This document shows positions 32,812 to 42,600 of a stretch of DNA of 64,000 bases, piece after piece. Each line of letters starts with the position of its first letter. The stretch's first letter is position 1. The stretch comes from Deltaproteobacteria bacterium. Lineage in GTDB: Bacteria > Myxococcota_A > UBA9042 > PHBI01. The notes below the pieces were generated by a model. That model worked only from the letters and a program-made list of their open reading frames with translations, had not been told where the DNA came from and did no database searches. The stretch is taken from the NCBI GenBank assembly GCA_006226565.1, contig SBGO01000334.1:359-64358 (forward strand). The letters are read 5' to 3'. The translations under genes were made by a program, and so were the position numbers.

Positions 32812-34668
32812 TCACTGCCCGGTCACAGCGACGGCGAAAGTGTGCAGCCCCTCGGCGAGCTGGGCGAGCGGTGCGTCGGTCCCTGGCGCCCATACGTCAG
32901 CGAGGAAACGTTGTATCGCGGTCCTGCTCAGGACGAGCTCCAGCGAGGTGAGGCGCGCATGGAGGTGCACGACATGGCGCTCGGGAGGGGCCATCGCCAT
33001 CGTCACGTAGGTCGCGAGCGCGCAGCCGACACGCAAGGCGGAGTGGACGTCGTCGGAGAGAGCCTCACTGCCGTTGGCAGCCGCGTCACGGCGGGCGCCC
33101 TCTGCGGGCTCGGGGGACGAGGACGCACCGAGAGCGAAGACGAAGTCGCTCGTGCATCCGAATGCTGCGGCGTATGGAGCTCCGCTGTGCAGTGCGAACG
33201 CGGGATCGGCGTCGAGGGGGACCCGCTTGGGCGCGGGCTCGAACGCCATCAAGGCCTCCCGAAAGGTCTTGGGGTGCGACCCGCCATGAGCGAGTAGCTC
33301 CTCCGCCACCTCGTAGATCGTCTGCCGCCAGGGGAACAGGATCGGCACGAGGAGAGGGACGAGGCTCGCGTCGCCGGGTGGTGCTGGACCCACGTCTCGA
33401 AGTGCGAGGGGCACCGCGGCCAACAGCTCCCCGTTCCGCGTCACCTCCAACCGAATCGGTACATCATCCGCACCACCGCCGAGGCGCTCACCCCACGCCC
33501 GCAGGTCCTCCTGCAACCCATGGTAGAGGAGCGAGAGGCGGCGAACGAGCCCACGCGCCAGGCCGGCCGGTCCCCCCTGAACGAGGCACCTGACAGCCAT
33601 CGGCAGCACGAGGAGATCCGGAAAACGCATCACGGCCTCCTCGACGACGCTCGGCGGGAGCCGTCGCACGATGCCGTGTCGGAGCAGCGGCTCCGCGCTC
33701 AGCTGCAGCGCGAGCGCCGCTACGTCAGGGTCGGCGGCGTGCTCGAGAAGCTGCACGGTCGTGGTGCCCGCATCGACCGTGGACAGCGCGAACGCCGCCC
33801 CCGCGATCGCGCGGCACACACCGCCCTGCTCGAAACGCGACGCGAACCACGTCCGGAAGGTGCGGGAACCGCGGTGAGAGGGTTCCAGCGCGGCCAACGC
33901 GCCGGTCACGACCTGGCCGCCGATCGTTCCCTTGGCCACGCGCTTCGCGACCGCATCGAAGCAACGATGCACGAGAGGCAAGTGAGCATCCCGCGGCCAT
34001 GGCCTCCGCTCCAGGAGGTCCAGGGCGAGGAACATCACGAGAGTCCAATCGGTCGACGTCCCATCCTCCGAGACGCGAGCCAGGACCGAGCTGACGACCC
34101 GTTCTGGGCTCGCGTGCCCCTCGAACACGCTGACGACGATCGGACGCCACTCGTAGGCTCTCCAAAGTTGGCGCAGAATCTCAGCCTCATCAGTGCCCGC
34201 GCGACGCGCCGCGCGGAGCGTTCCAACACCGGCAAGCGCCGCGTGGAGGGTCGGGGTCGAGAACGCGAGGTTCCCATCCTTGGTGGGCTGGAGGAGCGCC
34301 GGAGCCTCACTCGCGACGCCCAGAATCGACGCAGCGTCGAGGTGGTCCGCGCCGGGTGTGGCGCCCAACACCGCACCGAGTGCCTCGCCCACCAGATCCG
34401 GTGCGATAGCCGGGTATGCAACTTCGCCGGAGAGCCTGACATCCTTCCCACGGCGTCCCTTCCGCAGCTTGCGCATCCTGGCGGCCAGGTCTTGCAGGAT
34501 GCCCAAGGCCATCGCGGGCTCCGGCCACTCCGGGTGACGCTCGTGGCGACGCGCCAGCGCGACATCCAGCCATAGCCGCGTTCGCCTTGCACCAACGTCG
34601 CCGGCCCTGCTCGTGCCAATCGCACCGAGGAGCGCAGCCAATCCCTCGTCGATTGGGCTCGATGTCAT
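32812..34668 (-). CDS. hypothetical protein (618 aa)
   Basis: ORF 32812..34716. ATG at 34668 (MTSSPIDEGL, codon 17) is preceded by GGAGA with a 7-nt spacer. It is divergent from the sigma54 activator gene. No motif was recognised. Confidence 0.5.
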   Translation of the reverse strand: MTSSPIDEGLAALLGAIGTSRAGDVGARRTRLWLDVALARRHERHPEWPEPAMALGILQDLAARMRKLRKGRRGKDVRLSGEVAYPAIAPDLVGEALGAVLGATPGADHLDAASILGVASEAPALLQPTKDGNLAFSTPTLHAALAGVGTLRAARRAGTDEAEILRQLWRAYEWRPIVVSVFEGHASPERVVSSVLARVSEDGTSTDWTLVMFLALDLLERRPWPRDAHLPLVHRCFDAVAKRVAKGTIGGQVVTGALAALEPSHRGSRTFRTWFASRFEQGGVCRAIAGAAFALSTVDAGTTTVQLLEHAADPDVAALALQLSAEPLLRHGIVRRLPPSVVEEAVMRFPDLLVLPMAVRCLVQGGPAGLARGLVRRLSLLYHGLQEDLRAWGERLGGGADDVPIRLEVTRNGELLAAVPLALRDVGPAPPGDASLVPLLVPILFPWRQTIYEVAEELLAHGGSHPKTFREALMAFEPAPKRVPLDADPAFALHSGAPYAAAFGCTSDFVFALGASSSPEPAEGARRDAAANGSEALSDDVHSALRVGCALATYVTMAMAPPERHVVHLHARLTSLELVLSRTAIQRFLADVWAPGTDAPLAQLAEGLHTFAVAVTGQ

Positions 34669-34782
34669 CGCGGAATCTCCATGCTCGTCATTCCCCCACC
34701 GACGCTGTGCGCCCACGAAAACGCAGTCACGGTGGACCAGCGAGGTCGCATTGACAAGGCGGGTAGGCGACGCGAGATGCTT

Positions 34783-34794
34783 GGTGCAGGCACC
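34783..34794. promoter_or_regulatory. inverted repeat GGTGC-AG-GCACC upstream of the activator gene; TTGACA lies at 34751-34756
   Basis: Read directly. It sits in the 138-bp divergent region between the minus-strand gene 32812..34668 and the regulator gene, 13 nt upstream of the regulator's ATG. Confidence 0.3.
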
Positions 34795-34806
34795 GGCGAG
34801 GGTTCG

Positions 34807-36465
34807 ATGGACACCACGATCGCGAGCACCCAGCGTTCACCCGTACTCCTGACGTGGCTGGCGACACGCAACGACCCCTACGAGCGAGACAAGTCCGGGG
34901 GCGCGTTCAAGGAGCCGCGCGTCTGGGGACCGACCTTGACGCTCATGGCCGACCCGGAATCTCCATACAAAGGGCGCATCGACGACGTCGTCGTCTTCCG
35001 CCAGGCCGGACCCAAGGCGGCGGACCACACGCGCGTCTACGAGGAGCTCGTCGCGGCCCTCGAGGAGCACGAGATGGCGCCGCGCCTCCACCCGGTCCTC
35101 TGGGACCACGACGACCCGACCGACCACGCCGCGATCTACGACTTCCTCCGGACGGAGGTCCCTCGCATCCGCCGTCAGTTTCGAGACCGCGAGCTGGTCA
35201 TTCACCTCTCGCCCGGCACGGCGTCCATGCACACAGTCTGGGTGCTGATGTGCGAGACCGGCTTCATTTCCCAGCCGTTCACCGCCGTGCAGTCCCTACG
35301 CCCCGGTGAACGTCGCGGCCGCGCGCCGGTCAACGCGCTCCGGCTCGGCGTCGACACCTTTTTCAAGCGCTGGCAGGAGACCAAGCCCGCCGCCGCGAGA
35401 CTCGATGACCACCAATCCCTCTGGGATCCGTCGCAGTTCCGCTCGACCAAGATGCGCGCCCTCTACGACGAAGCCCGGCGCGCCGCCCGCCTCAAGATCC
35501 CCGTCCTCATCCTCGGCGAGCGCGGGACCGGCAAGACCACCCTCGCCTCCTGGATCCGCCTCAAGAGCCCGTTCCGCAAGTCCGCGCTCGACTCGGCCTG
35601 GCCCGCCGTCCCCTGCGGGCAGTACACGAACGAGACGATGCGAGCCGAGCTCTTCGGCTACAGAAAAGGCGCCTTCACGGGCGCCACGACGCACAAGGCG
35701 GGGCTCCTCGCCGAGGCGAGCGGCGACACCCTCTTCCTCGACGAGATCGGCGACGTCTCGAAGGACCTCCAGCGCCTCCTCATCAAGGTCCTCGAGGATG
35801 GCACCTTCCAGCCTGTCGGCAGCACCAAGGTAGAGCGGACCGACGTCCGACTTCTCACCGCCACCAACCTCCCCGACAACGAGCTCCGCGGGCGCCTCGA
35901 CGCCGACTTCCTCGACCGCATCAGCGCCTTCACCCTCACCGTCCCGCCGCTGCGAGAGATCCCCGACGAGCTCGAGTGGCTCTGGCCGAACGTCCTCGAC
36001 GAGGCCGCGCGCCGCGCCGCCGCGCCGACCCGGTATGCCCAGCTCCCGAAGCGCCACCACGCCCGCTTTGTCTCGGCGCTCCAACGGCACCCGCTCCCGG
36101 GCAACATTCGCGACCTCTTTCGCGTCGCTTGGCGCTTCCTCGCCGCCCGCGCCGACGACGACGCCCCGCTCAACGTCGAAGACGCCGTCGACTACGCGCT
36201 CGCCGCGATCGACCGTGATGCGGCGCCGGATGGCTCGTCGCGCACCATCGCCCGCGCCTTCGCCGACATGGAGCCCCTCCCTCCATCCCTCGTCGCCGAA
36301 ACGCCCCTCGACCCCAACCGCGTCATCGACGACTTCAAAGCCTGGTTCGCCGCCGAGGCCCGCGCGCTCGGGCAGCGAACCGGCCAACCGCTGGGTGACC
36401 TCGTGACCGTGACGGACCGGACGCTGAGGAACTGGCGGAAGGATGATTCCGAGGCGCCGGAATAG
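34807..36465 (+). CDS. RtcR-like sigma54-dependent transcriptional activator (bacterial enhancer-binding protein): CARF-like N-terminal sensor domain plus AAA+ sigma54-interaction domain
   Basis: ORF 34681..36465; ATG at 34807 (MDTTIASTQRSPVLLTWLATR). The AAA+ core has VLILGERGTGKT (Walker A), AELFGYRKGAFTGA (the GAFTGA sigma54-contact motif) and LFLDEIGD (Walker B). The N-terminal block ELVIHLSPGTASMHTVWVLMCETGFISQPFTAVQ closely matches the RtcR CARF segment (from memory YLVHITTGTHVAQICLFLLTESRHFPARLVQ). No clear C-terminal HTH was seen. Confidence 0.75.
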   Translation: MDTTIASTQRSPVLLTWLATRNDPYERDKSGGAFKEPRVWGPTLTLMADPESPYKGRIDDVVVFRQAGPKAADHTRVYEELVAALEEHEMAPRLHPVLWDHDDPTDHAAIYDFLRTEVPRIRRQFRDRELVIHLSPGTASMHTVWVLMCETGFISQPFTAVQSLRPGERRGRAPVNALRLGVDTFFKRWQETKPAAARLDDHQSLWDPSQFRSTKMRALYDEARRAARLKIPVLILGERGTGKTTLASWIRLKSPFRKSALDSAWPAVPCGQYTNETMRAELFGYRKGAFTGATTHKAGLLAEASGDTLFLDEIGDVSKDLQRLLIKVLEDGTFQPVGSTKVERTDVRLLTATNLPDNELRGRLDADFLDRISAFTLTVPPLREIPDELEWLWPNVLDEAARRAAAPTRYAQLPKRHHARFVSALQRHPLPGNIRDLFRVAWRFLAARADDDAPLNVEDAVDYALAAIDRDAAPDGSSRTIARAFADMEPLPPSLVAETPLDPNRVIDDFKAWFAAEARALGQRTGQPLGDLVTVTDRTLRNWRKDDSEAPE

Positions 36466-36528
36466 CTTTTCCGAGACGCCGCCTCGCAGCGAACCAACCT
36501 CGCAGGCCCGGCCAGCATTCCCGTTAGG

Positions 36529-36544
36529 TTGTAACACCTTACAA
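36529..36544 (+). promoter_or_regulatory. AT-rich inverted repeat TTGTAA-CACC-TTACAA immediately upstream of the sigma54 promoter (candidate activator or IHF-type site)
   Basis: Read directly. It stands out as an AT-rich palindrome in a 70%-GC background, 15 nt upstream of the -24 element. Confidence 0.35.
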
Positions 36545-36558
36545 AGAGCGACCAGACT

Positions 36559-36574
36559 TGGCCCACGGCTTGCG
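36559..36574 (+). promoter_or_regulatory. sigma54 (RpoN) -24/-12 promoter: TGGCCC-ACGGC-TTGCG
   Basis: It matches TGGCAC-N5-TTGCW with correct GG-to-GC spacing (11 nt). The predicted TSS is about 36586, 27 nt before the first ATG of the downstream operon (36613) and directly downstream of the sigma54 activator gene. Confidence 0.6.
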
Positions 36575-36612
36575 TAGGTCCTCGGTGTCCCCGCCACCAC
36601 CGAGGCCACCGC

Positions 36613-36909
36613 ATGCAAGCGACGCTCAGCCTGACGCATCACGCCGCGTACCGCGCCCGCACGCGCAGCATCCCCGCCGAGGCGCTCGACGCGGCCATGA
36701 CGTTCGGGCGCCACCGCGCGGTCCGCAACGCCGACATCTACACCCTCGGCTGGCGTGAGGTCCGGGCGCTCGCCGCCCGCGGCATCGACGTCGCCCGCTG
36801 GGAGGGCGTCGAGGTCGTCTGCTCGCACGACGGCGACGTCCTCACGACCTACCGCAACACCAACGCTCGCGCGCTCCGCCGGCCCTACGGCGTCCGCCGC
36901 GCGGCGTGA
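36613..36909 (+). CDS. small DUF4258-like protein, first gene of the sigma54 operon
   Basis: ORF 36613..36909 (98 aa). LTHHAAYRARTRSIPAEALDAAMTFG resembles the DUF4258 H-A-x-x-R-x-x-x-R-x-I core. This assignment is tentative. Confidence 0.4.
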   Translation: MQATLSLTHHAAYRARTRSIPAEALDAAMTFGRHRAVRNADIYTLGWREVRALAARGIDVARWEGVEVVCSHDGDVLTTYRNTNARALRRPYGVRRAA

Positions 36910-37655
36910 TCCAGCCGCTCGCGCGGTCGGTGTTGCGAACCGACCGCGCGAGCCTCTCCAACGCGAACGTGCAAATCAGCCCAACCACAACGGAGTACCG
37001 CCTCATGGCCGGATTCAAAGACTTCACGACCCAGACCGCGCGCCCCCTCCCCGTCATCATCCTCGCCGACGTGTCCGGCAGCATGGAGGGCGGCGGCAAG
37101 ATCCAGGCGCTCAACCACGCCCTCCGCGAGATGCTCGAGGCCTTCTCGGACGAGTCGGACCTCCGCGCGGAGATCCACGTCGCCGTCCTCACCTTCGGCG
37201 GCACGGCCAAGGTCCACATCCCGCTCGCCACCTCCGCGAAGGTCCGCTGGAACGACCTCGGCGCCGGCGGGGGGACCCCGATGGGGCAGGCGTTCGAGCT
37301 GACCCGCGCGATGGTCGAGGACCGCGCCACCATCCCGGGCCGCGCGTACCGGCCGACCCTGGTCCTGCTGTCGGACGGCCAGCCGACCGACGCCTGGCAG
37401 CAGCCCCTCGCCGCGCTCCTCGGCAGCGAGCGCGCCAGCAAGGCATTCCGCATGGCCCTCGCCATCGGGGAGGACGCCGATCGTACGGTCCTCGCGGCCT
37501 TCCTCGCCAACCCCGAGGCGCGCGTCTTCGAGGCGCACGAGGCGCGCCAGATTCGAGACTTCTTCCAGCTCGTCACGATGAGCGTCTCGAGCCGGTCGCG
37601 GAGCGCCAACCCGAACGCCACCCCCGCCCTCCCCTTCGCCGGCTACGATGTCTGA
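36906..37655 (+). CDS. von Willebrand factor A (vWA) domain protein
   Basis: ORF 36906..37655. The GTG start overlaps the upstream stop (GTGA); an alternative ATG lies at 37005. MIDAS motifs are VIILADVSGSMEG, GGGTPMGQA and LLSDGQPTD. Confidence 0.7.
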   Translation: MIQPLARSVLRTDRASLSNANVQISPTTTEYRLMAGFKDFTTQTARPLPVIILADVSGSMEGGGKIQALNHALREMLEAFSDESDLRAEIHVAVLTFGGTAKVHIPLATSAKVRWNDLGAGGGTPMGQAFELTRAMVEDRATIPGRAYRPTLVLLSDGQPTDAWQQPLAALLGSERASKAFRMALAIGEDADRTVLAAFLANPEARVFEAHEARQIRDFFQLVTMSVSSRSRSANPNATPALPFAGYDV

Positions 37656-38346
37656 GACGCGCGTCACCGGCTGCTCCGTGCGCGGCCCCGCCCACGTTCG
37701 CGACGGCTCGCCCGGGCAGGACGCCTGGTCGGCCGTCGCGGAGCCCGTCGCCTTCGCCGTCGCGTGCGACGGGATGGGGAGCCGCCCCCTCGCCCACGAG
37801 GGAGCCCGCGCCGCGACTCGGGCAGCGCTGCGGGCGTGGCGTCTGTGGCGTCGGTCGAACGCAGGCAGCCCCGAAGATCTCGTGCGCCTCATCGAGGTCC
37901 TGTGGCGTCTCGACCTCGGCGGGATCGCCCCCGCCGAGGCCTGCACGACGTGCCTCGTCTACGCCGAGGACCTCCACGGCCGGGCCGTGGTCGCACAGCT
38001 CGGCGACGGGCTCATCGTGCGACGCTCGCCGGACGGCGCTGTCACGACACATCCATCGCGGAAGCTCGACTTCGGGACCACCCACGCGCTCGGCGCCCCG
38101 CACACCCTCGCGGACTGGTCCTTGGCCGTCGCCCCGCCGCTCGCGCCGGGAGAGTCGCTGCTCCTCGCGACCGACGGCGTCTCCGAGGACCTCCTCCGCG
38201 ATCGGCTCGACGGCCTCATGCGCTGGCTCCACGCCGAGCTCGACAGCCGGCGGGCCCCCCATCACTGGCTCCGCCGGGAGCTCCACCGCTGGCCGGTCGC
38301 TCACCACGGCGACGACAAGACCCTCGTCATGCTGAGGAGATCATGA
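37648..38346 (+). CDS. PP2C-family Ser/Thr protein phosphatase
   Basis: ORF 37648..38346 overlaps the vWA gene by 8 nt. PP2C motifs are VACDGMGS, LLLATDGVSE and DDKTLVML. Confidence 0.75.
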   Translation: MSETRVTGCSVRGPAHVRDGSPGQDAWSAVAEPVAFAVACDGMGSRPLAHEGARAATRAALRAWRLWRRSNAGSPEDLVRLIEVLWRLDLGGIAPAEACTTCLVYAEDLHGRAVVAQLGDGLIVRRSPDGAVTTHPSRKLDFGTTHALGAPHTLADWSLAVAPPLAPGESLLLATDGVSEDLLRDRLDGLMRWLHAELDSRRAPHHWLRRELHRWPVAHHGDDKTLVMLRRS

Positions 38347-39683
38347 AACGCGAACACCGAGTCGTCATCGACGAGAACGGCACCCGCTACAGCCTGACGA
38401 ACCGCATCGGCAGAGGCGGTCAGGGTGAGGTCTGGCGGACCGACAGCGCCCACCGAATCGTCAAGCTCCAGACGAGCTCCCAGAACCCAGAGGTCACGCG
38501 GCGGCAGTTCGTCTTCGTGCGACGGCTCGATCTGCGCGGGCTCCACGTCGCCAAGCCCATCGCCGTCCTCGCCCCGCCGGCGGTCGGCTACGTCGCGGAG
38601 TTCCTGAGCGACATGACGCCCATTCGAACGCTGATGGAAGCCCCCGCCGAGGACCTCGTCGCGTGGCACGTCAGAACCGGAGGCCTGCGCCGCCGGCTCC
38701 GCCTCCTCGCTCACGCCGGCGAGACGCTCGTGGCGCTCCACGGTCGCGGCATCGTCTATGCGGATGTGTCCGACAACAACGTCTTCGTCTCGGAGCCCGT
38801 CGACGCGAGCGAGGCGTGGCTCATCGACCTCGACAACCTCAGCTACGCCAGCGATCCCCAACGCGCGGTCTACACGCCCGGCTACGGCGCCCCCGAGGTC
38901 GTCGCCCGGCGGGCCGGCTGCACCTCCCTCTCCGACGCGTGGGCCTTCGCCGTCCTCGTGTGGCGCGTCCTTACCCTCGGCCACCCTTTCGTCGGCGACT
39001 GGGTCGACGAAGGCGAGCCGGAGCTCGAAGACCAGGCGATGGCCGGCGAGCTGCCGTGGGTCGAGTGCGAGGACGACGACCGCAACCACTGCTCGACCGG
39101 TCTCCCCCCCGAGGTCACCGTGGGAAACCTGCTCCTCGGGCTCGCGCGCCGGACCTTCGAAGCCGGCCGCAGCGACCTGCGGGCGCGCCCCGGGCTGTCG
39201 GAGTGGGTCCACGCGCTCCACGCGACCGCCGACCAGACCCTGACCTGCCACGAGTGTACGGCGACCTACCTCGCGTCGGCGCCGGAGTGCCCGTGGTGCG
39301 AGGCGCAGCGGACCGAAGAGCTCCCGCTCAGGCTCGTCCGCTGGGACCCGGACCACGGCGTCGTCCGCTCTGCGGTCGCGCTCCGGCCGGTGCCGGTCAC
39401 CACCTTCCGCACCACCTTGACGCGCCGCACGACGGAGGGCGCGAGCGGCCTCATGGGCCGGGAGCCGCACGTCGAGCTCGCGCTCGTCGGGCGCGGCGTG
39501 ACCGTCCACGCCGCCGCAGGCCGCTCCGTGTGGGTCGGCCGACTCGATCGCTCCTCGGGGAAGCTCGTCGAGCGCCACGACGCCTCGTCTCGTCCCCGCA
39601 TCGTGCCGCGCAGCGGCTGGGTCATCTTCTTCGACGACCCGGCGAGGCCGCAGCGCGTCGGCCTGCTCGGAGGTGCCGCGTGA
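38343..39683 (+). CDS. Hanks-type Ser/Thr protein kinase with a C-terminal zinc-ribbon region
   Basis: This is the C-terminal 446 codons of ORF 37764..39683. The ATG at 38343 overlaps the PP2C stop (ATGA). Kinase motifs are GRGGQGEVW (Gly loop), IVKL (Lys), YADVSDNNV (catalytic loop), DLD (DFG-like) and YGAPE (APE). CHEC...CPWC forms a zinc ribbon. Confidence 0.8.
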   Translation: MKREHRVVIDENGTRYSLTNRIGRGGQGEVWRTDSAHRIVKLQTSSQNPEVTRRQFVFVRRLDLRGLHVAKPIAVLAPPAVGYVAEFLSDMTPIRTLMEAPAEDLVAWHVRTGGLRRRLRLLAHAGETLVALHGRGIVYADVSDNNVFVSEPVDASEAWLIDLDNLSYASDPQRAVYTPGYGAPEVVARRAGCTSLSDAWAFAVLVWRVLTLGHPFVGDWVDEGEPELEDQAMAGELPWVECEDDDRNHCSTGLPPEVTVGNLLLGLARRTFEAGRSDLRARPGLSEWVHALHATADQTLTCHECTATYLASAPECPWCEAQRTEELPLRLVRWDPDHGVVRSAVALRPVPVTTFRTTLTRRTTEGASGLMGREPHVELALVGRGVTVHAAAGRSVWVGRLDRSSGKLVERHDASSRPRIVPRSGWVIFFDDPARPQRVGLLGGAA

Positions 39684-42600
39684 AGATCCACGAAGTCACC
39701 AGCGGCGTCGCCGCGACCCTGCGCGTCACCAACCCGGAGGGCGCCTTCAGCCCGCCGCCCGCGACCGGCGATGAGCTGGTCCTGGTCTCGTCCTCCGATC
39801 AGATCCTCGCCCGCGCCGGCGACCTGGTCTGGCCCGTTCGAGGCACCACGCCGCTGGATCACGACGCGCTCGTTCGCGTGGTCGACGGCGCCGGTCCGTT
39901 CGTCGCATTCGTCGCCCGCTGTGTGGACGACACCATGGTCGTCGAGACGCGACGCTTCCGATCCGAGGTTCGGCTCGGTGAGCCGCTCGACATCGGCCTC
40001 GACGACAAGGCCCTCGACGACCTGCGCCGTACCACCCGTCGCGGCGGCAGCGTCGTCGACATCGTGCGGTGGCTATCGGAGCAGTTGCTGCTCCCACCGA
40101 TCCCCGGAGGGCCCTCCGAGCTCGCCCGCTTCGTGGTCGCAGGCGACCTGCGCGACCGGCCGGACGTCTTCCGCATCTACGGCCGCAGGCTGGCCGTCGA
40201 CGTGCGCCGTGCGGATGGGAAGCTCCGGGTCGAGCGCGCGGCCCGCGGCGCGACGCCCGGGAGGGAGCCGCTGACGCTGATGCTCGCCCCGGTGAGGTTC
40301 GTGGACGCGACCCTGACGGCGGAGCTCACGACGGAGGCCCGAGCCGCGCTCGAGCAGGCGGTGGCCGACGCTGGCAGCTACCTCGCGATGTGGGAGCACT
40401 TCCACGCGCTCGACGTCGCGACCACGGAGCAGCAGGCCCGAGCCTTCGGCGCGGTGGAGTACACCTCGCGGAAGCAGGGCCCCGAGCGCGGCTGGACCTT
40501 TCGCCTCGTGAAGGACGAGTCCCTCGCCGAGCGACTCGCCGTGCTCGCCGACGGCCACGGCGTGACACTCGAGGTCGGCGAGCGCGCACCGTCCTTCGAC
40601 GGCACCGGGAGGCCGAGGCGGAAGGAAGAGGGTCAGAAAGTCCCCTTCTCCAGCCACGTCACCCACCTCGACGCCGGCAAGGGGCGACTCGATCTCGCGC
40701 CGGCCGACGATGAGGCTGCAGCACCACCAGAGAAGGGCTTCCTGTTCATCGCGCGCGCTGGCGATCGGACGCGTCAGGCCCGGCGCGAGCGCGCCGAGGA
40801 GGCGCTCCGAAACGGGACCTGCCCGATGCCCCAGCTCGGCCTCCTGATGGAAGGGCGGCCCGCCCCGGCCGCTCGCCTGCCGCGGCGACCCGCGATGAGC
40901 CCCGCCGTCCGGGCGCTGTTCGGCCCCGACGGGCCCACCCAGCGACAGCGCGAGGCCATCGAGCGCGCACTGAACACGCCCGACGTCTGCCTCATCCAGG
41001 GGCCCCCGGGCACCGGCAAGACCAAGGTCATCACCGCTATCGAGGCCCGCGTCGCGGAGCTGGCCGACGAGGGCCTCGAGGTCTCGCACCGCGTCCTCGT
41101 CACCGCGGCCCAGCACGACGCCGTCGAGAACGTCGCCCAACGGACCGACGTCTTCGGCCTGCCGGCCGTCAAGATCGGCCGGCGACGAGGCGACGACGGC
41201 GACGGCGAGGACGCCGTCGATCGGTTCCGCGAGGACCGCATCGACGCGCTGCGTGCCAAGCTCCGCGTCCCCCCCGAGGCCGAGCGGCTCGCGAAGGCGC
41301 GCGCGATGGCGGTAGCCTGCATGCGCACCCGCGCGCTCCCCGACGCCCAGGCGCGACGCGTCCGCGAGATCGCGTCCACGCTCGACGGCCTGCTCCCCCC
41401 GGCGCTCGTGGACCGCGCGCTGGACCGCGCGGCCAGCCTGGAGTCGCGCTCGGACGCCGGAGACCCGGAGCAGCGCGAGCTCGAGCTGCGCGCCGCCCGC
41501 GGGATCCGCGTCACCCCCGGCCCATTCTCCGATGACGGCCCGCTCCAGGCCGCCAAGGCGCTGCGGCGCCTCGACGACCGACTGACGCCCGACGAGCGCG
41601 CCTACCTCGAGCGCTGCGCTCAGGTCGAGCAGGATGTGGCGCCCGATTGGATCGATGCCGGTGCGCCGCTCCGTGACGCGCTCATCGACCGCCTCTCCTC
41701 GGCCGCGACGCCGACCGAGGCGCGCCTCGACGACGACACCCAGCGGCTCCTCCTCACGCTCCTCGACGCCGTGGACCACCGCTACGCAAGCGCCGAACTC
41801 GGAGACGGCGCCGCGATCGCCGGCTTCATGCGAGACCTCGAGGGCGACCCCGAGGGCGTCCGCGAGATGCTCCAGCACTACACCGTCGTCCTCGCGGCGA
41901 CGCTCCAGCAGGCTGCCGGGCGCCGCATGATGGCGGCGCGCGGTCTCACCAGCGGTAGCGCCGAGTTCGAGACCGTGATCGTCGACGAAGCCGCGCGAGC
42001 CCACCCCCTCGACCTGTTCATCCCGCTCAGCATGGCGAAGCGGCGCGTCGTCCTCGTCGGCGACCACCGCCAGCTCCCCCACCTGCTCGAGCCCGATGTC
42101 GAGCGTCAGCTCGCCGACGGCGTGGAGTCCGGCAGCGTCGGCCAGGAGGTCCTCGAGGCGGTGCAGGCCAGCCTCTTCCAGCGGCTCTGGGAGTCGCTGC
42201 GACACCTCGAGAAGCAGGACGGGATCAAGCGAACCGTGACGCTCGACGTTCAGTACCGGATGCATCCGGTCCTCGGCGACTTCATCAGCCGAACCTTCTA
42301 CGAGCACCACGGCGACGGGCGCGTCGAGAGTCCGCGCCCCGCGGGCGACCTGGCCCACCAGCTCCCGGAGTATCTGCGGGACGGCGAGGGTGTCCCAGCG
42401 GCGTGGCTCGACGTACCGGCCCACACAGGCGCGGAGGTGCCTGGGCGCAGCAAGCGGCGGCCCGCCGAGGCGAAGACGATGGCGCGCGAGGTGCGCCGCC
42501 TGGTCGACGCGGATCCGACGCTTACTTTCGGCGTCATCGCCTTCTACGCCGGACAGGTCGACGAGATTGGTGAGGCGATGCTCAAGGAGGGGCTCACCGA

